Below are positions 8,545 through 18,159 of a stretch of 64,000 nucleotides of DNA, in pieces (position 1 is the first letter of the stretch; every line of letters begins with the position of its first letter). The stretch covers positions 128,001-192,000 of the forward strand of contig OY970309.1 in NCBI GenBank assembly GCA_963716395.1, in the 5' to 3' direction. The DNA is from an uncultured Fibrobacteria bacterium (lineage in GTDB: Bacteria > Fibrobacterota > Fibrobacteria > UBA11236). Both the position numbers and the translations under genes were made by a program. The notes below the pieces were generated by a model. The model worked only from the letters and a program-made list of their open reading frames with translations. It had not been told where the DNA came from and ran no database searches.

Positions 8545-11019
8545 ATGAAGAAGCGTTTGGTCCTGTTTCCGGTTTTGACCTTGCTGGTGGCCTGCAACGG
8601 ACACCAGGAAGAAGGCAAGGTGTTGGCCCGGATCGACGGCGAGCCGTTCACGACCAGCGACTTCGATGCGCGTCTGCTCGCGGAAAACCATTTCAACGAA
8701 TCGGGAATGGCCCCCGATATGCGGCGGGATGATTTCGATCGTATGCTGCGCTCCCGCTTGGGGGCGCTGGCCGCGCGAAAAGACGGCTTCTTCAAGAACG
8801 ACTCCCTGCGCCGCCGTCTAGACCTTTCCGATCAGCGCGTGATCGTCCAATACTATTACGACGACTATCTCAAAGCCCATGGCGGGCACACCGAAAAGGA
8901 ATTGAAAGCCTTTTATCTTGCCCATCCGCAATCCTTTTCCGACGATTCGGGTAAACTGATTCCTTTCCTGCCGGCCGAAAGCCGGATTGCCGACTCCCTG
9001 GACCTTTCCACCGCCAACCTTGACTCGTTCTATCTGGCCAACAGCGCCAACTACAGACAGCGGGCCAGTTGCGAGGTCTCGCTGATCAAAACCGCCAAGC
9101 GCAAAACCGCCGAAGCCGCGCTCAAGGCCCTGCAAGGCGGCATGTCGTTCGCAGCCGCCGCCATGCGCTATTCCACCGACCCTTCCAAAAAGAACGGCGG
9201 CAAAATCGGCAGCGTCCAAGAAGGCGAGCCCAATTACACCATCGGACAGAATGCGCCGCTCGACAGCCTGTTCTTCGACTCGACCACCCGCCTCAAACCG
9301 GGGCAGGTATCCCGCCCCATTCCCAAAGACTCGGAATTCGTGCTGGTGCGTCCCGACAGTTGCCATGACGCGGTATTGCCGCCCTTGGCCGCCGAGCATC
9401 GACAAGTAATGATCGATTACCTGCGCGAATACAAAAACGACCTGGTGGCCAATGTCAAGGATCGACTGGATAAGAAGTACCAGTTGAAACGGATTCCGGT
9501 GTACAAGGAGCCGACCGAAGCTGAAATCCAGAACTACTACAACCAGAACAAGACGAATTACGAGAGCCCCGAAACCTACGAGATTTACGACATCGAAACC
9601 GCAAAAAAAGCCAAGGTGTCGCCCGAATTTCAAAAGGTGAAGGATTTGGCGGCTTTCAAAGCCTTGGCCGCCAAGACAAATGAAAACTCCTGGACCAAGT
9701 CGCAAGACGGCTACGTGGGCGTGATCAAGCGCGACTATTGCCTGCCCTACGGCATCGGCATGCTTCCCGATTTGTTTTCCGCGATGGATACGTTAAACGC
9801 AGGCAAGGTCGGGCCGATTTACAGCACCACTACGCAGAACTGGAATTTCTTCTGGCTGGTGAAAAAAGGCCCGCGCACGGTCAAACCCCTGGAGCGCGTG
9901 CATACCCTCGTGAAGCAGGATTTGATCGCCAACCGCGTCACTTCGGTAGCGCCCACCGATACCCTGGCGATTACGGGGAACGGACATGTTTTTCTCCAAA
10001 GCGACGTGGACTTCCTGCGCGAAGAGATTCCGGCGTATATGCGCGAACGGTTCACCCGTGAGCAGGTGCTCGATTACCTCATTTACTGGCAATTGCCGAC
10101 CGACGAGGCCAAATCCCTGGGGCTGACCGACGAGCCGAAGCTGATCGGGGCCCGCGCCCAAAATTCGGACGCCTTCTGGAACAATGTGTACAACGAATTC
10201 GTGCTTAAACGCACCGAAGACGAAGATACGACGCTGTTGGCCAATACCTTCGCGAAAAACCGCAGCGTATTCACCAAGGATTCGGGAGACACGGATTGGC
10301 ACACGCATGTCGCCGACATCGCCGGCTATTTGGAATTGACGCCGAAAGATTTCGAAATCGAGTATCACACCAATCCCGAAAAGTACCGGCACGACACCAC
10401 GGCCATGACTTTTGACGAAGCGCGCTTCGACATCTACCGGAACCTGGCCGATCTGGGGCAGGAGCGTTTACAAAAGTCCGAATTCGAGAAGCTGAAAAGA
10501 CGTTTCCACGCGCGCATCGAAGACGCTTCCCTGCGGGAACCGAGCTATGAACCGCCGGGAAAATATCTGAAAGAAGCGCAGAAGCTGCATTACAACCGCG
10601 AGTTGGAAAAAGCGCTCACTTTGTACCAGCAGTTGCGCGAACATTTTCCCAACAACGAAGGCGTGCAGGATTCGGTTTCTTTCGGCATGGCGCAGATTTA
10701 TGTCGAGCAGGAAAATTTCCAGCAGGCGTTGGCCGAATATCGGCGCGTGAGCTATCTGTATCCGCACGACGCCGACGATTACAAAGCCATGTTCATGGTG
10801 GGCTTCATTCTGTCGGAGAATCTCAAGCAGGATTCGGCGGCGGTGCGTGCCTTTCAATCCATGCTGGATAAGTATCCCAAAACCGATCTTTCCGACGACG
10901 CCGACTGGATGATCCGCAACATCCGCAGCGGCGGCAAACTGATGCCGGTGTTGCATTCCGACAGCGGATGGTCGGCGCCGGATTCAACCGGCAGCAAAGG
11001 CAAAGCCGGCAAGAAGTGA
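8545..11019 (+). CDS. Lipoprotein with PpiC/parvulin PPIase domains and C-terminal TPR repeats
   Basis: RBS GAGAGGA; lipobox LVAC; FAAAAMRYSTDPSKKNGGKIG parvulin motif plus a second degenerate copy; TPR helices (KALTLYQQLREHFP, QALAEYRRV, AVRAFQSMLDKYP). Confidence 0.8.
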   Translation: MKKRLVLFPVLTLLVACNGHQEEGKVLARIDGEPFTTSDFDARLLAENHFNESGMAPDMRRDDFDRMLRSRLGALAARKDGFFKNDSLRRRLDLSDQRVIVQYYYDDYLKAHGGHTEKELKAFYLAHPQSFSDDSGKLIPFLPAESRIADSLDLSTANLDSFYLANSANYRQRASCEVSLIKTAKRKTAEAALKALQGGMSFAAAAMRYSTDPSKKNGGKIGSVQEGEPNYTIGQNAPLDSLFFDSTTRLKPGQVSRPIPKDSEFVLVRPDSCHDAVLPPLAAEHRQVMIDYLREYKNDLVANVKDRLDKKYQLKRIPVYKEPTEAEIQNYYNQNKTNYESPETYEIYDIETAKKAKVSPEFQKVKDLAAFKALAAKTNENSWTKSQDGYVGVIKRDYCLPYGIGMLPDLFSAMDTLNAGKVGPIYSTTTQNWNFFWLVKKGPRTVKPLERVHTLVKQDLIANRVTSVAPTDTLAITGNGHVFLQSDVDFLREEIPAYMRERFTREQVLDYLIYWQLPTDEAKSLGLTDEPKLIGARAQNSDAFWNNVYNEFVLKRTEDEDTTLLANTFAKNRSVFTKDSGDTDWHTHVADIAGYLELTPKDFEIEYHTNPEKYRHDTTAMTFDEARFDIYRNLADLGQERLQKSEFEKLKRRFHARIEDASLREPSYEPPGKYLKEAQKLHYNRELEKALTLYQQLREHFPNNEGVQDSVSFGMAQIYVEQENFQQALAEYRRVSYLYPHDADDYKAMFMVGFILSENLKQDSAAVRAFQSMLDKYPKTDLSDDADWMIRNIRSGGKLMPVLHSDSGWSAPDSTGSKGKAGKK

Positions 11020-11022
11020 ATT

Positions 11023-11218
11023 GCACGATGGCTTTGTGCGTTGCCTCGCCTCTGCGGTCGGCTTACCGCAGAGGAGGCCTGAACCTGGTTCCAGTCGAAA
11101 GATGTTCGCAGCTCAAGCCCATCGAGGGCTGAGCCTGTCGCAGCCCGAAGGGAATTCCCATCCTTGGTCCGCCAAGGCCGGAAATAAACATTCGGGTAGC
11201 GGTACTCTTTGGGGTACC
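11023..11218. ncRNA. Candidate structured RNA or REP/MITE-like element between convergent genes
   Basis: Consecutive stem-loops at 11023-11039, 11049-11074 (10 bp perfect), 11111-11134, 11144-11159, 11162-11177 and 11201-11218; identity unresolved. Confidence 0.35.
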
Positions 11219-11269
11219 TCTAATAATCGCATTCTCCGCCTGCGGCGGACCGATTGTTAGAGATACCCT

Positions 11270-13732
11270 TTAGATTAAAGAAGAATGGCCCGACGGTTTT
11301 GTTGCGGAAGTACCTTTGCGGTAGCCGCCTTCGTAGTAATAGGCGTATTTCTTATAACGATCTCTTTCGACGGGCGTATGGCGCAACCCGTTCAGCACCG
11401 CGCCCACGCGCACATTCCGTTCGCGCAATCTTTCCACCGCGGCCAGGGCTTGCGACAAGGGCGTACTTCCCGAGCGGCTGACGAAAATCACCCCATCGGT
11501 CAATTCCGCCACGGCCAGGGGGTCGGAGGTGATGGCCATGGGCGGCGTGTCGATGATCACCACGTCGAATTGTTCGCCCACCATGCGCACAAAAGCCTTG
11601 AATTTCTCCGAGCTGATCAGCTCGCCCGCATTGCCGTTGAAATTTTTGCGCGGCAGCAACACCAGGTTTTTTTGCACCGAAGGCATATAACACCAGGTTG
11701 CCGCGCGCAAAAATTCCTCGCGGCTCAAATGTTCCTGGCCCAGCATTTCGTCGAGCCCGGTGGTGGGCGCCACTTGAAAGGCTTGTGCCAATCGCCCGAG
11801 GCGGAAATCGGCGTCGATGAGCAAAGTGCGCTTGCCCTTGCGCGCGAAGGCGAGGGCGAGGTTGGAACTGATCATCGTCTTCCCCTCTTCGGGCAGAGCC
11901 GAAGTAACCATGAGCAGCAATTTTCCGGCCCGTTCCGGGCGCCCGAAAAAGCTCTCGCACTCTTCGCGGATCATGCGAAAACCTTCGAGATCAGAGAAGG
12001 TGAAGGCTGAGCCGTAATACAGCAAATAGGGATCCAGTGCGTCTTTTTTCGAGGTAAAGGGCGGCGGCGCGCTTAGGGCCAGGTCGCCCAGAAATTTCAC
12101 CCGCAGCAACCGGCGCACGTCGTCGGGAGTCCAGACTTTCGGAAGCAAAAGATGAAACAGCGATAGGAGGGCCGGGAGCAGCAAGGCTAGGAGCAGCACC
12201 ACCGCGGCCGCGATCGCCACACGCGACTGGAGCGAAGGGGGAATATAGGACGCAGGGCGCGCCTCATCCACCACCGTGACTTTGAAGAAATCCGATCCGG
12301 TCGCCAATTTTGCCCGGTTATAACCTTCCTGCAGATGATCATAGATTTGCTGGTTGTTGGCGTTCACCTGGTTCAGATGATCCAATTCCATGCGTACCGA
12401 CGCCGGCACATTGGCGGCCGCGGCAGGTGCGGAATGGGCGACTTTTTGGCGCAACTCGGCTTCGGTTTGCTGCAAAGTTTGATCCAGGGTCTTTTCCGCG
12501 GCGTCGACTTCGGAGTAGAGTTCGTCCAGTTTGGAGTAGGCATCCAGCAGGCGCGGATGCTCCGGCCCCAAAGTTGCTTTCAACGTGGTCAGTTGGTTGT
12601 TGAGCTCGGTCAGGCGGCCGCGGAGAATGGAAGCGTGCGGATCTCCGGCGTCGGACATGGCCGATAGAAGATCCAAGGCCCAGAAATAACGCTCGTCCTG
12701 TTTGTCTTTGGCCGGCTTGGCCTGATACGCCGATTCCACCTTGGACTTTTGCGCTTCCAAGGCGTCGAGCCGCTGGCGGCTTTCGACATAGGACAGGTTG
12801 TCGGCAGCCTGGGCCGCACCCGGCTGCTCTAGGCCGGGGTGATCGGCGTAATACTGCGTAATCGCGTACTGGCTTTGCGACAGCCTCTGTTTGGCCTGCT
12901 GTAAATCCTGCTCCATCTGCACCAGCACCCCTTGCCCCTGGACCTGGGTGGTGCCGTAATAGGCGTCGAGAAATTGATCGCGCAAGGTGTTGAGAATATC
13001 AGCCACCAGGAAGGGGTCGCGATCCGACAGCGTCACCTTGAAATTCGAACTGCCCAACGGATTGACCGAGAGACCGTTCTTCAGCAGGCTTACCGCATAT
13101 CCCATCGAAATGAAACGGAAGGTGACGGCACGACGACCGCTGCGGGGAATGAAGGTCGGATCGAAATCCACTTCGCAGCCTTTGAACTCCAGCACGTTTC
13201 CGTCCCGCAGGGCGCCGTCGAAGATCACCGAATCCGACCGGCCCGACGAGGATTTGAAGGTCACTTCCGCCCCGTTCGGCTGCAAGACCACCTTGTAATA
13301 GCCGAACCGCAGGGAATCGGAGTATTTCACCGCCGTCAATGTATTGGGGCGGAACACATCCGGCGTCTCAATTCTCAGGCGCAGACCGAGTTTGCGAACC
13401 GTGGCTTCCAGCACCTGATAGCTGGTGAACAGGGTGACGATGCTTTCGCCTTCGGAGATGGCCACGTCGTGCATGACGTTGTTCTGCGCGCCCACGACAA
13501 TGGGAAAACGCAAAATGGTGTCGGCCGAATACGTATGCGGCAGGTTGACCATGGTCAAAAAACCGCCGATGGGCACGGACAGAAGCGCCCAGGTGATCAG
13601 TAATGGCCAGCGTTTCAGCCACAGAATATGCGCGAGACTGCGTGGAGAAAGGAAACGCAAGCGAAACGGGTTGGACTCGTCTTTTTCTTCGTCGGTGAAG
13701 CCGGCCATGGTGTACGACTTGGAAGAGGGCAT
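11270..13732 (-). CDS. wzc: Wzc-like polysaccharide co-polymerase / BY-kinase
   Basis: Two TM helices around a coiled-coil periplasmic domain; Walker A SALPEEGKT, A' LLIDAD, B IIDTPP; Tyr cluster YKKYAYYYEGGY. Start ATG 13732 or 13708. Confidence 0.9.
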   Translation of the reverse strand: MPSSKSYTMAGFTDEEKDESNPFRLRFLSPRSLAHILWLKRWPLLITWALLSVPIGGFLTMVNLPHTYSADTILRFPIVVGAQNNVMHDVAISEGESIVTLFTSYQVLEATVRKLGLRLRIETPDVFRPNTLTAVKYSDSLRFGYYKVVLQPNGAEVTFKSSSGRSDSVIFDGALRDGNVLEFKGCEVDFDPTFIPRSGRRAVTFRFISMGYAVSLLKNGLSVNPLGSSNFKVTLSDRDPFLVADILNTLRDQFLDAYYGTTQVQGQGVLVQMEQDLQQAKQRLSQSQYAITQYYADHPGLEQPGAAQAADNLSYVESRQRLDALEAQKSKVESAYQAKPAKDKQDERYFWALDLLSAMSDAGDPHASILRGRLTELNNQLTTLKATLGPEHPRLLDAYSKLDELYSEVDAAEKTLDQTLQQTEAELRQKVAHSAPAAAANVPASVRMELDHLNQVNANNQQIYDHLQEGYNRAKLATGSDFFKVTVVDEARPASYIPPSLQSRVAIAAAVVLLLALLLPALLSLFHLLLPKVWTPDDVRRLLRVKFLGDLALSAPPPFTSKKDALDPYLLYYGSAFTFSDLEGFRMIREECESFFGRPERAGKLLLMVTSALPEEGKTMISSNLALAFARKGKRTLLIDADFRLGRLAQAFQVAPTTGLDEMLGQEHLSREEFLRAATWCYMPSVQKNLVLLPRKNFNGNAGELISSEKFKAFVRMVGEQFDVVIIDTPPMAITSDPLAVAELTDGVIFVSRSGSTPLSQALAAVERLRERNVRVGAVLNGLRHTPVERDRYKKYAYYYEGGYRKGTSATKPSGHSSLI

Positions 13733-13797
13733 GCCCGCAGCAAAAGTAGATTTCTTCGCGTCCGACCCTTTGGAGTCGGCCGACCTTGCTTGCGCGC

Positions 13798-14928
13798 ATG
13801 CCTGAATCGCAACTTCCCCACGTGGCCCATCTGACCTTGGGCCTGCCGCTCGGCGGCACCGAACGTCTGGTCGAGCGCATGGCACGCAAGCCGCCGAAGG
13901 GTTTCCGGGCATCCGTCGTCTGCCTGGATCAAGTCGGCGCCTTGGGCGAAGGGCTGCTGCGCGACGGCATCGAACTGAAACATGTGCCGCGCCGGCCGGG
14001 TTTCGACCATACCTTGCCCTGGCGCCTGGCCGCGCATGCCGCACGCCGCCGAATTGATGTGCTGCATTGCCACCAATACACCCCCTGGTTTTACGGCGTG
14101 CTGGCGCGCCTGTTCCGGCCACGGCTGAAGATCTTATTCACCGAACATGGCCGCTTCTATCCCGACGTCCCCTCGGGCAAACGGCGGATTTTCAACCGGA
14201 TCCTCAGCCCTTGGACACAGGGGATTACGGCCGTGTCGCCGGCGGTGAAAGACGCCCTAGTGCGCGTCGAGGCTTTTCCCGCCGGCAAGATCCGCATCGT
14301 CTTCAACGGCATTGAAGCCCCGGTCGCGGGTGACCGCGTTGCCTTACGCCGGCGCCTGTCGCTGCACCCGGATTGGGTGTATTTCATTTTGTGCGCGCGT
14401 TTCGATCCCATCAAATGGATTCCCGGCCTGGTGGCGGCCTTCGCCCGGGTGGCGCATGGGCGATCCGATTGCGGCCTTATTCTGGTGGGCGACGGCCCCG
14501 AGGCCGAAGCCGTGCGCCGGGCCGTGCGCAGCTTCGGCCTGGAAGATCGGGTCGTGCTGCCGGGTTTTCAGGATCAGGTGGCGGATTGGCTGGGCGCCGC
14601 CGACATTTTCGTTCTCAGCAGCCTCAGCGAAGGCACCAGCGTCAGCCTGATCGAGTCGATGGCCTTGGGGTTGCCGAGCGTGGCCACGGCGGTGGGCGGC
14701 AATGTTTTCGTGGTGGAAGACAGGGTCACGGGGTTGCTGGCACCGTCCGAAAACGCCGAGGCCCTGGCCGCGGCCATGGCGGAATTGGCGGACCATCCCG
14801 CGTTGCGGCACGCGATGGGAGATGCGGCCCGCCGACACTTCGAATCCGACTTCCGCCTCGACCGCATGATCGAAACCTATCGCGCCATCTATCTTGAACT
14901 GCTGGGAAAAAAGAAAGCGGCGGCGTGA
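13798..14928 (+). CDS. GT4 glycosyltransferase
   Basis: GGTERLV, LFTEHG, FVLSSLSEGTSVSLIESMALGLP (EX7E motif). Confidence 0.92.
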   Translation: MPESQLPHVAHLTLGLPLGGTERLVERMARKPPKGFRASVVCLDQVGALGEGLLRDGIELKHVPRRPGFDHTLPWRLAAHAARRRIDVLHCHQYTPWFYGVLARLFRPRLKILFTEHGRFYPDVPSGKRRIFNRILSPWTQGITAVSPAVKDALVRVEAFPAGKIRIVFNGIEAPVAGDRVALRRRLSLHPDWVYFILCARFDPIKWIPGLVAAFARVAHGRSDCGLILVGDGPEAEAVRRAVRSFGLEDRVVLPGFQDQVADWLGAADIFVLSSLSEGTSVSLIESMALGLPSVATAVGGNVFVVEDRVTGLLAPSENAEALAAAMAELADHPALRHAMGDAARRHFESDFRLDRMIETYRAIYLELLGKKKAAA

Positions 14929-15536
14929 AGCGGTTCCTCAAATCCCTCCTCCTTTTGGCCGCAACAGCGGCGGCTTCACCTTTGTGGTTTTTGTATCGAT
15001 TGCAACGATCATTTCTCGGCGATCCGCGTTCGTTCTACGACTTCTCGCAACTGCTCAGCCTGTTTCCCGGGACCGGGGGGAATTACCTGCGTTACGGCTT
15101 TTACCGCCTGACCCTGGCGCGGCTGGGCCGCGACGCCTGCATCTGCTTCGGCGCCACCCTCACCCATCCCGGCATCGAAATCGGCCGCGGCGTCTATGTC
15201 GGGCCTTTCGCCAATCTGGGGCTGTGCGTGCTGGGCGACGACGTGCTCATCGGCACCGGCGCCCATATCGTCAGCGGTTTCGGGCAGCATGGCAGCGCCG
15301 ATGTGGAAATTCCCATGCGCGAACAACCGGGCGTCTGGCGCACCGTGCGCATCGGCGACGATTGCTGGATCGGCAACCAGGCCGTGGTGGGCAACCACGT
15401 GGGCCGCAAATCCATCATCGGGGCTGCGTCCTTGGTGACGCATGAAATCCCGGAATTCTCGGTGGCGGCGGGCAACCCGGCCCGCGTCTTGCGCGACCGA
15501 CGATTATCCCCGCCCGGCGCCGATGTCTCCGCTTAA
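14925..15536 (+). CDS. Hexapeptide-repeat (left-handed beta-helix) O-acyltransferase
   Basis: IGDDCWIG...VGRKSIIGAASLVTHEIPEFSVAAGNPAR; GTGA overlap. Confidence 0.9.
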   Translation: MKRFLKSLLLLAATAAASPLWFLYRLQRSFLGDPRSFYDFSQLLSLFPGTGGNYLRYGFYRLTLARLGRDACICFGATLTHPGIEIGRGVYVGPFANLGLCVLGDDVLIGTGAHIVSGFGQHGSADVEIPMREQPGVWRTVRIGDDCWIGNQAVVGNHVGRKSIIGAASLVTHEIPEFSVAAGNPARVLRDRRLSPPGADVSA

Positions 15537-18123
15537 CCTCCCGATTTTTTTGACCGGCGGCGCGCTCGCACCCGGCGAAACGCATCCCATGCGCCTGGGT
15601 ATTCCCTTTCCCCCCGGCGCGATTACGCAGCCCGAATCGTTGCGCCTGTATTGCGGCGACCGCCCTGTGACGGCCGACGCCACGCCGCTCCTGCGTTGGC
15701 CCGACGGCAGCGTGCAATGGATGTTGCTCCGGTTTCTGGCGCGCGGCGAACACGGCCCCTCCGCTTATCGCCTGAGCGCCGATAACCCGGAAAAATCCCC
15801 GGGCGCGGAAGCGCGCCTGCGCTTTTCCGAAAGCGACGACGGCACCCGCATCGACACCGGCCGGGCCGTCTTTACCGTGGCCAAGGATTTTCTGCGGCCA
15901 TTTCAATCCGTCGCCATCGACGGCATACCGATTCTGGCCGCCGAGTCCGAACCGGTTCTCCTCCGCGACGCCCAGGGAAAACCCCATCGCTTCCGCATTC
16001 ACGAAGCCCGCGTCGAACATCACGGCGCCACCGGGCTGGAATTGAAACTCGTGGGCGCCTGGACGCCACGGTGGGGAAAGGAATTGTGCCGCGCCGTATG
16101 CCGCCTGCATTTTTTCGCCGATACGGCGCTGGTGAAAATGGAAGGCACGCTGTGGAACCCCAAGGCCGCGCGCCATCGCGGTGGGCTTTGGGATCTCGGC
16201 GATCCCGGTTCGGTATTTTTCCGTTCGCTTTCGTTTCCCTTCGCGTTTCGCCCCGCCGCCACACCTCAAGCCTGGCTGACGCTCGACGCGGACACCCCGC
16301 CCCGGCCGTGCCAGCATGGCTCCGTACATCAAAACTCGTCGGGGTTTCCGGGCTGGCAAAGCCCGGCGCATGTGGATAAAGACGATCGTCTCACGGTGAA
16401 ATTCCGCGGCTGGCGCGGCGACCGCGACGGCGAAGCTCTCTCCGGCGATCACAGCAACCCCGCAGCCATGCTGCACCATGACGCCGGAGCCGCGGCCTTC
16501 GCCCTGGAGCATTTCTGGGAAGCCTTTCCCAACCGGATCGATGTTTCCCAGCACGCCGTGAGCCTCGAGCCCTTTCCCGCGGCTGACGGGCAGGAGTTCG
16601 AATTGCAGGGCGGGGAAAAAGCGACATTCACGTTGTGGGCCGACTTCGCGGCCGACCCCGCGCAGCCGGTCCCGCTGCGCGTCGCGCGGGCGCCGTTGAC
16701 GCCGGTGCTGGATCCGGCCTGGGTCGCGGCCTGCGGGTGCCTTCCCTATTCGGCGGCGCCCGGCTCCGACGATCCCTTTTACGCGGGCCTGCAGCAAGCT
16801 TGGATCGAAGGCGACGGGTCGCTCTTCGCCCGCCGTGCAGCCTACGAGGAATTCGGGTGGCGGAATTTCGGCGAGGTGCCGGCTGATCACGAAAAGCTGC
16901 ACTACCACGGCATGCGGCCCTTGGTTTCGCACTACAACAACCAATACGATTTAATCCAATCGTTCTGGCGGAAATTCCTGGAAACGGGCGACGGACGCTG
17001 GCGCAGCCTGGCCGCGGATCTATGCCTCCACGTTATTAACCATGATATTTATCACACCGCACAAGACAAGGCGGCCTACAACGGCGGCTATTTCTGGCAC
17101 ACCGCGCATTACCGGCATGCGGGCACGGCCACGCACCGCACCTATTCGCGGCGCGCCACCGACGGTCCGCCGCCGCGCGGGTTCGGGGGCGGTCCTTCCA
17201 ACGAGCACAATTACACCTCGGGCCTGCTGCTGCATTATGCGCTGACGGGCGAAACGGAAGCGCGCGAGGCGGTGCTCGAATTGGCGGGCTGGGTACGGGA
17301 CATGCAGGACGGCCGCCGCACGCCCTTCCGTTTTTTCAGCCGCAATCCGACGGGGCTGGCCACTTGCACGCGCTTCCTGGATTTTCAGGGACCGGGACGT
17401 GGTGGCGCCTATTCCGTCAACACCTGCCTGGACGCCTTCACTCTCGCCGGCGACCGCTCCTGGATGGAACTGGCCGAACGCACTATCGCCGTGTGCATTC
17501 ACCCTGAAGACGATTGCGACGCCCTGGATTTGCTTAATCGCGAAAATCGCTGGTCCTACGTGGTCTTTTTGCAGGTGCTGGGAAAATACCTGGAAGTGAA
17601 ATGGGAGCGGCGGGAAACCGATGCAGCCTTTGCCTACGCACAGGCATCGCTAATCCACTACGCGCGGTGGATGGCCGCCAAAGAATTCCCCGCCTTATGG
17701 AAACCCGATCAATTGGAATTCGCCACTTCGACCTGGGCCGCACAGGACTTGCGCAAAACCGAGGTCTTTCTCCTCGCGGCCCGCTTCGGCGACGCCTTTG
17801 AGGAAAAGCGGTTTTTGGAGCGGGCGGAGTTTTTTTACGGGGAAACCAAACAATATTTGGCGCGTTTCGACGACAAGGGATGCGTGCGCAATATGGCCAT
17901 TTTGCTGCATTGCCTGCCGGCCTGCCGCCAATGGCGCAGCGGTAGGCTGCGGAATTTGGGACTCAACGCCGAGGTCGCGCAAAAGTTTCCCCCGAAAATC
18001 GCGTTGCTTCCGCAAAAAATTCAGGCTATCCGCAATGCCCGGCGTTTTCTCCTGACCTTGGGAATGTCGGGTTTCGTGCGGATTCTGCGCGGAAGCCAAA
18101 AACGTGCGCGGGGCTCTGCTTAA
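15523..18123 (+). CDS. PL26 / YetA / PcRGLX-like protein (exo-rhamnogalacturonan lyase-like fold)
   Basis: N-terminal LGIPFPPG...RWPDGSVQW, then FGWRNFGE...HYNNQYD in a helical C-terminal domain; no obvious signal peptide. Confidence 0.6.
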   Translation: MSPLNLPIFLTGGALAPGETHPMRLGIPFPPGAITQPESLRLYCGDRPVTADATPLLRWPDGSVQWMLLRFLARGEHGPSAYRLSADNPEKSPGAEARLRFSESDDGTRIDTGRAVFTVAKDFLRPFQSVAIDGIPILAAESEPVLLRDAQGKPHRFRIHEARVEHHGATGLELKLVGAWTPRWGKELCRAVCRLHFFADTALVKMEGTLWNPKAARHRGGLWDLGDPGSVFFRSLSFPFAFRPAATPQAWLTLDADTPPRPCQHGSVHQNSSGFPGWQSPAHVDKDDRLTVKFRGWRGDRDGEALSGDHSNPAAMLHHDAGAAAFALEHFWEAFPNRIDVSQHAVSLEPFPAADGQEFELQGGEKATFTLWADFAADPAQPVPLRVARAPLTPVLDPAWVAACGCLPYSAAPGSDDPFYAGLQQAWIEGDGSLFARRAAYEEFGWRNFGEVPADHEKLHYHGMRPLVSHYNNQYDLIQSFWRKFLETGDGRWRSLAADLCLHVINHDIYHTAQDKAAYNGGYFWHTAHYRHAGTATHRTYSRRATDGPPPRGFGGGPSNEHNYTSGLLLHYALTGETEAREAVLELAGWVRDMQDGRRTPFRFFSRNPTGLATCTRFLDFQGPGRGGAYSVNTCLDAFTLAGDRSWMELAERTIAVCIHPEDDCDALDLLNRENRWSYVVFLQVLGKYLEVKWERRETDAAFAYAQASLIHYARWMAAKEFPALWKPDQLEFATSTWAAQDLRKTEVFLLAARFGDAFEEKRFLERAEFFYGETKQYLARFDDKGCVRNMAILLHCLPACRQWRSGRLRNLGLNAEVAQKFPPKIALLPQKIQAIRNARRFLLTLGMSGFVRILRGSQKRARGSA

Positions 18124-18159
18124 GGATTACAATACTCCTATTGCATTCGGGAGGGCGCC

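Noticed and set aside
13733-14122. N-terminal extension of the 950 aa Wzc ORF
   Set aside because: Antisense to the GT4 gene and Arg/Ala/Pro-rich; Wzc-like sequence starts after 13732.
15415-16944. 509 aa minus-strand ORF, and similar long shadows (4191-5462, 20147-21478, 20706-21986, 50116-51018)
   Set aside because: Antisense or alternative-frame shadows of well-supported genes, mostly in GC-rich DNA, with no recognisable motifs.
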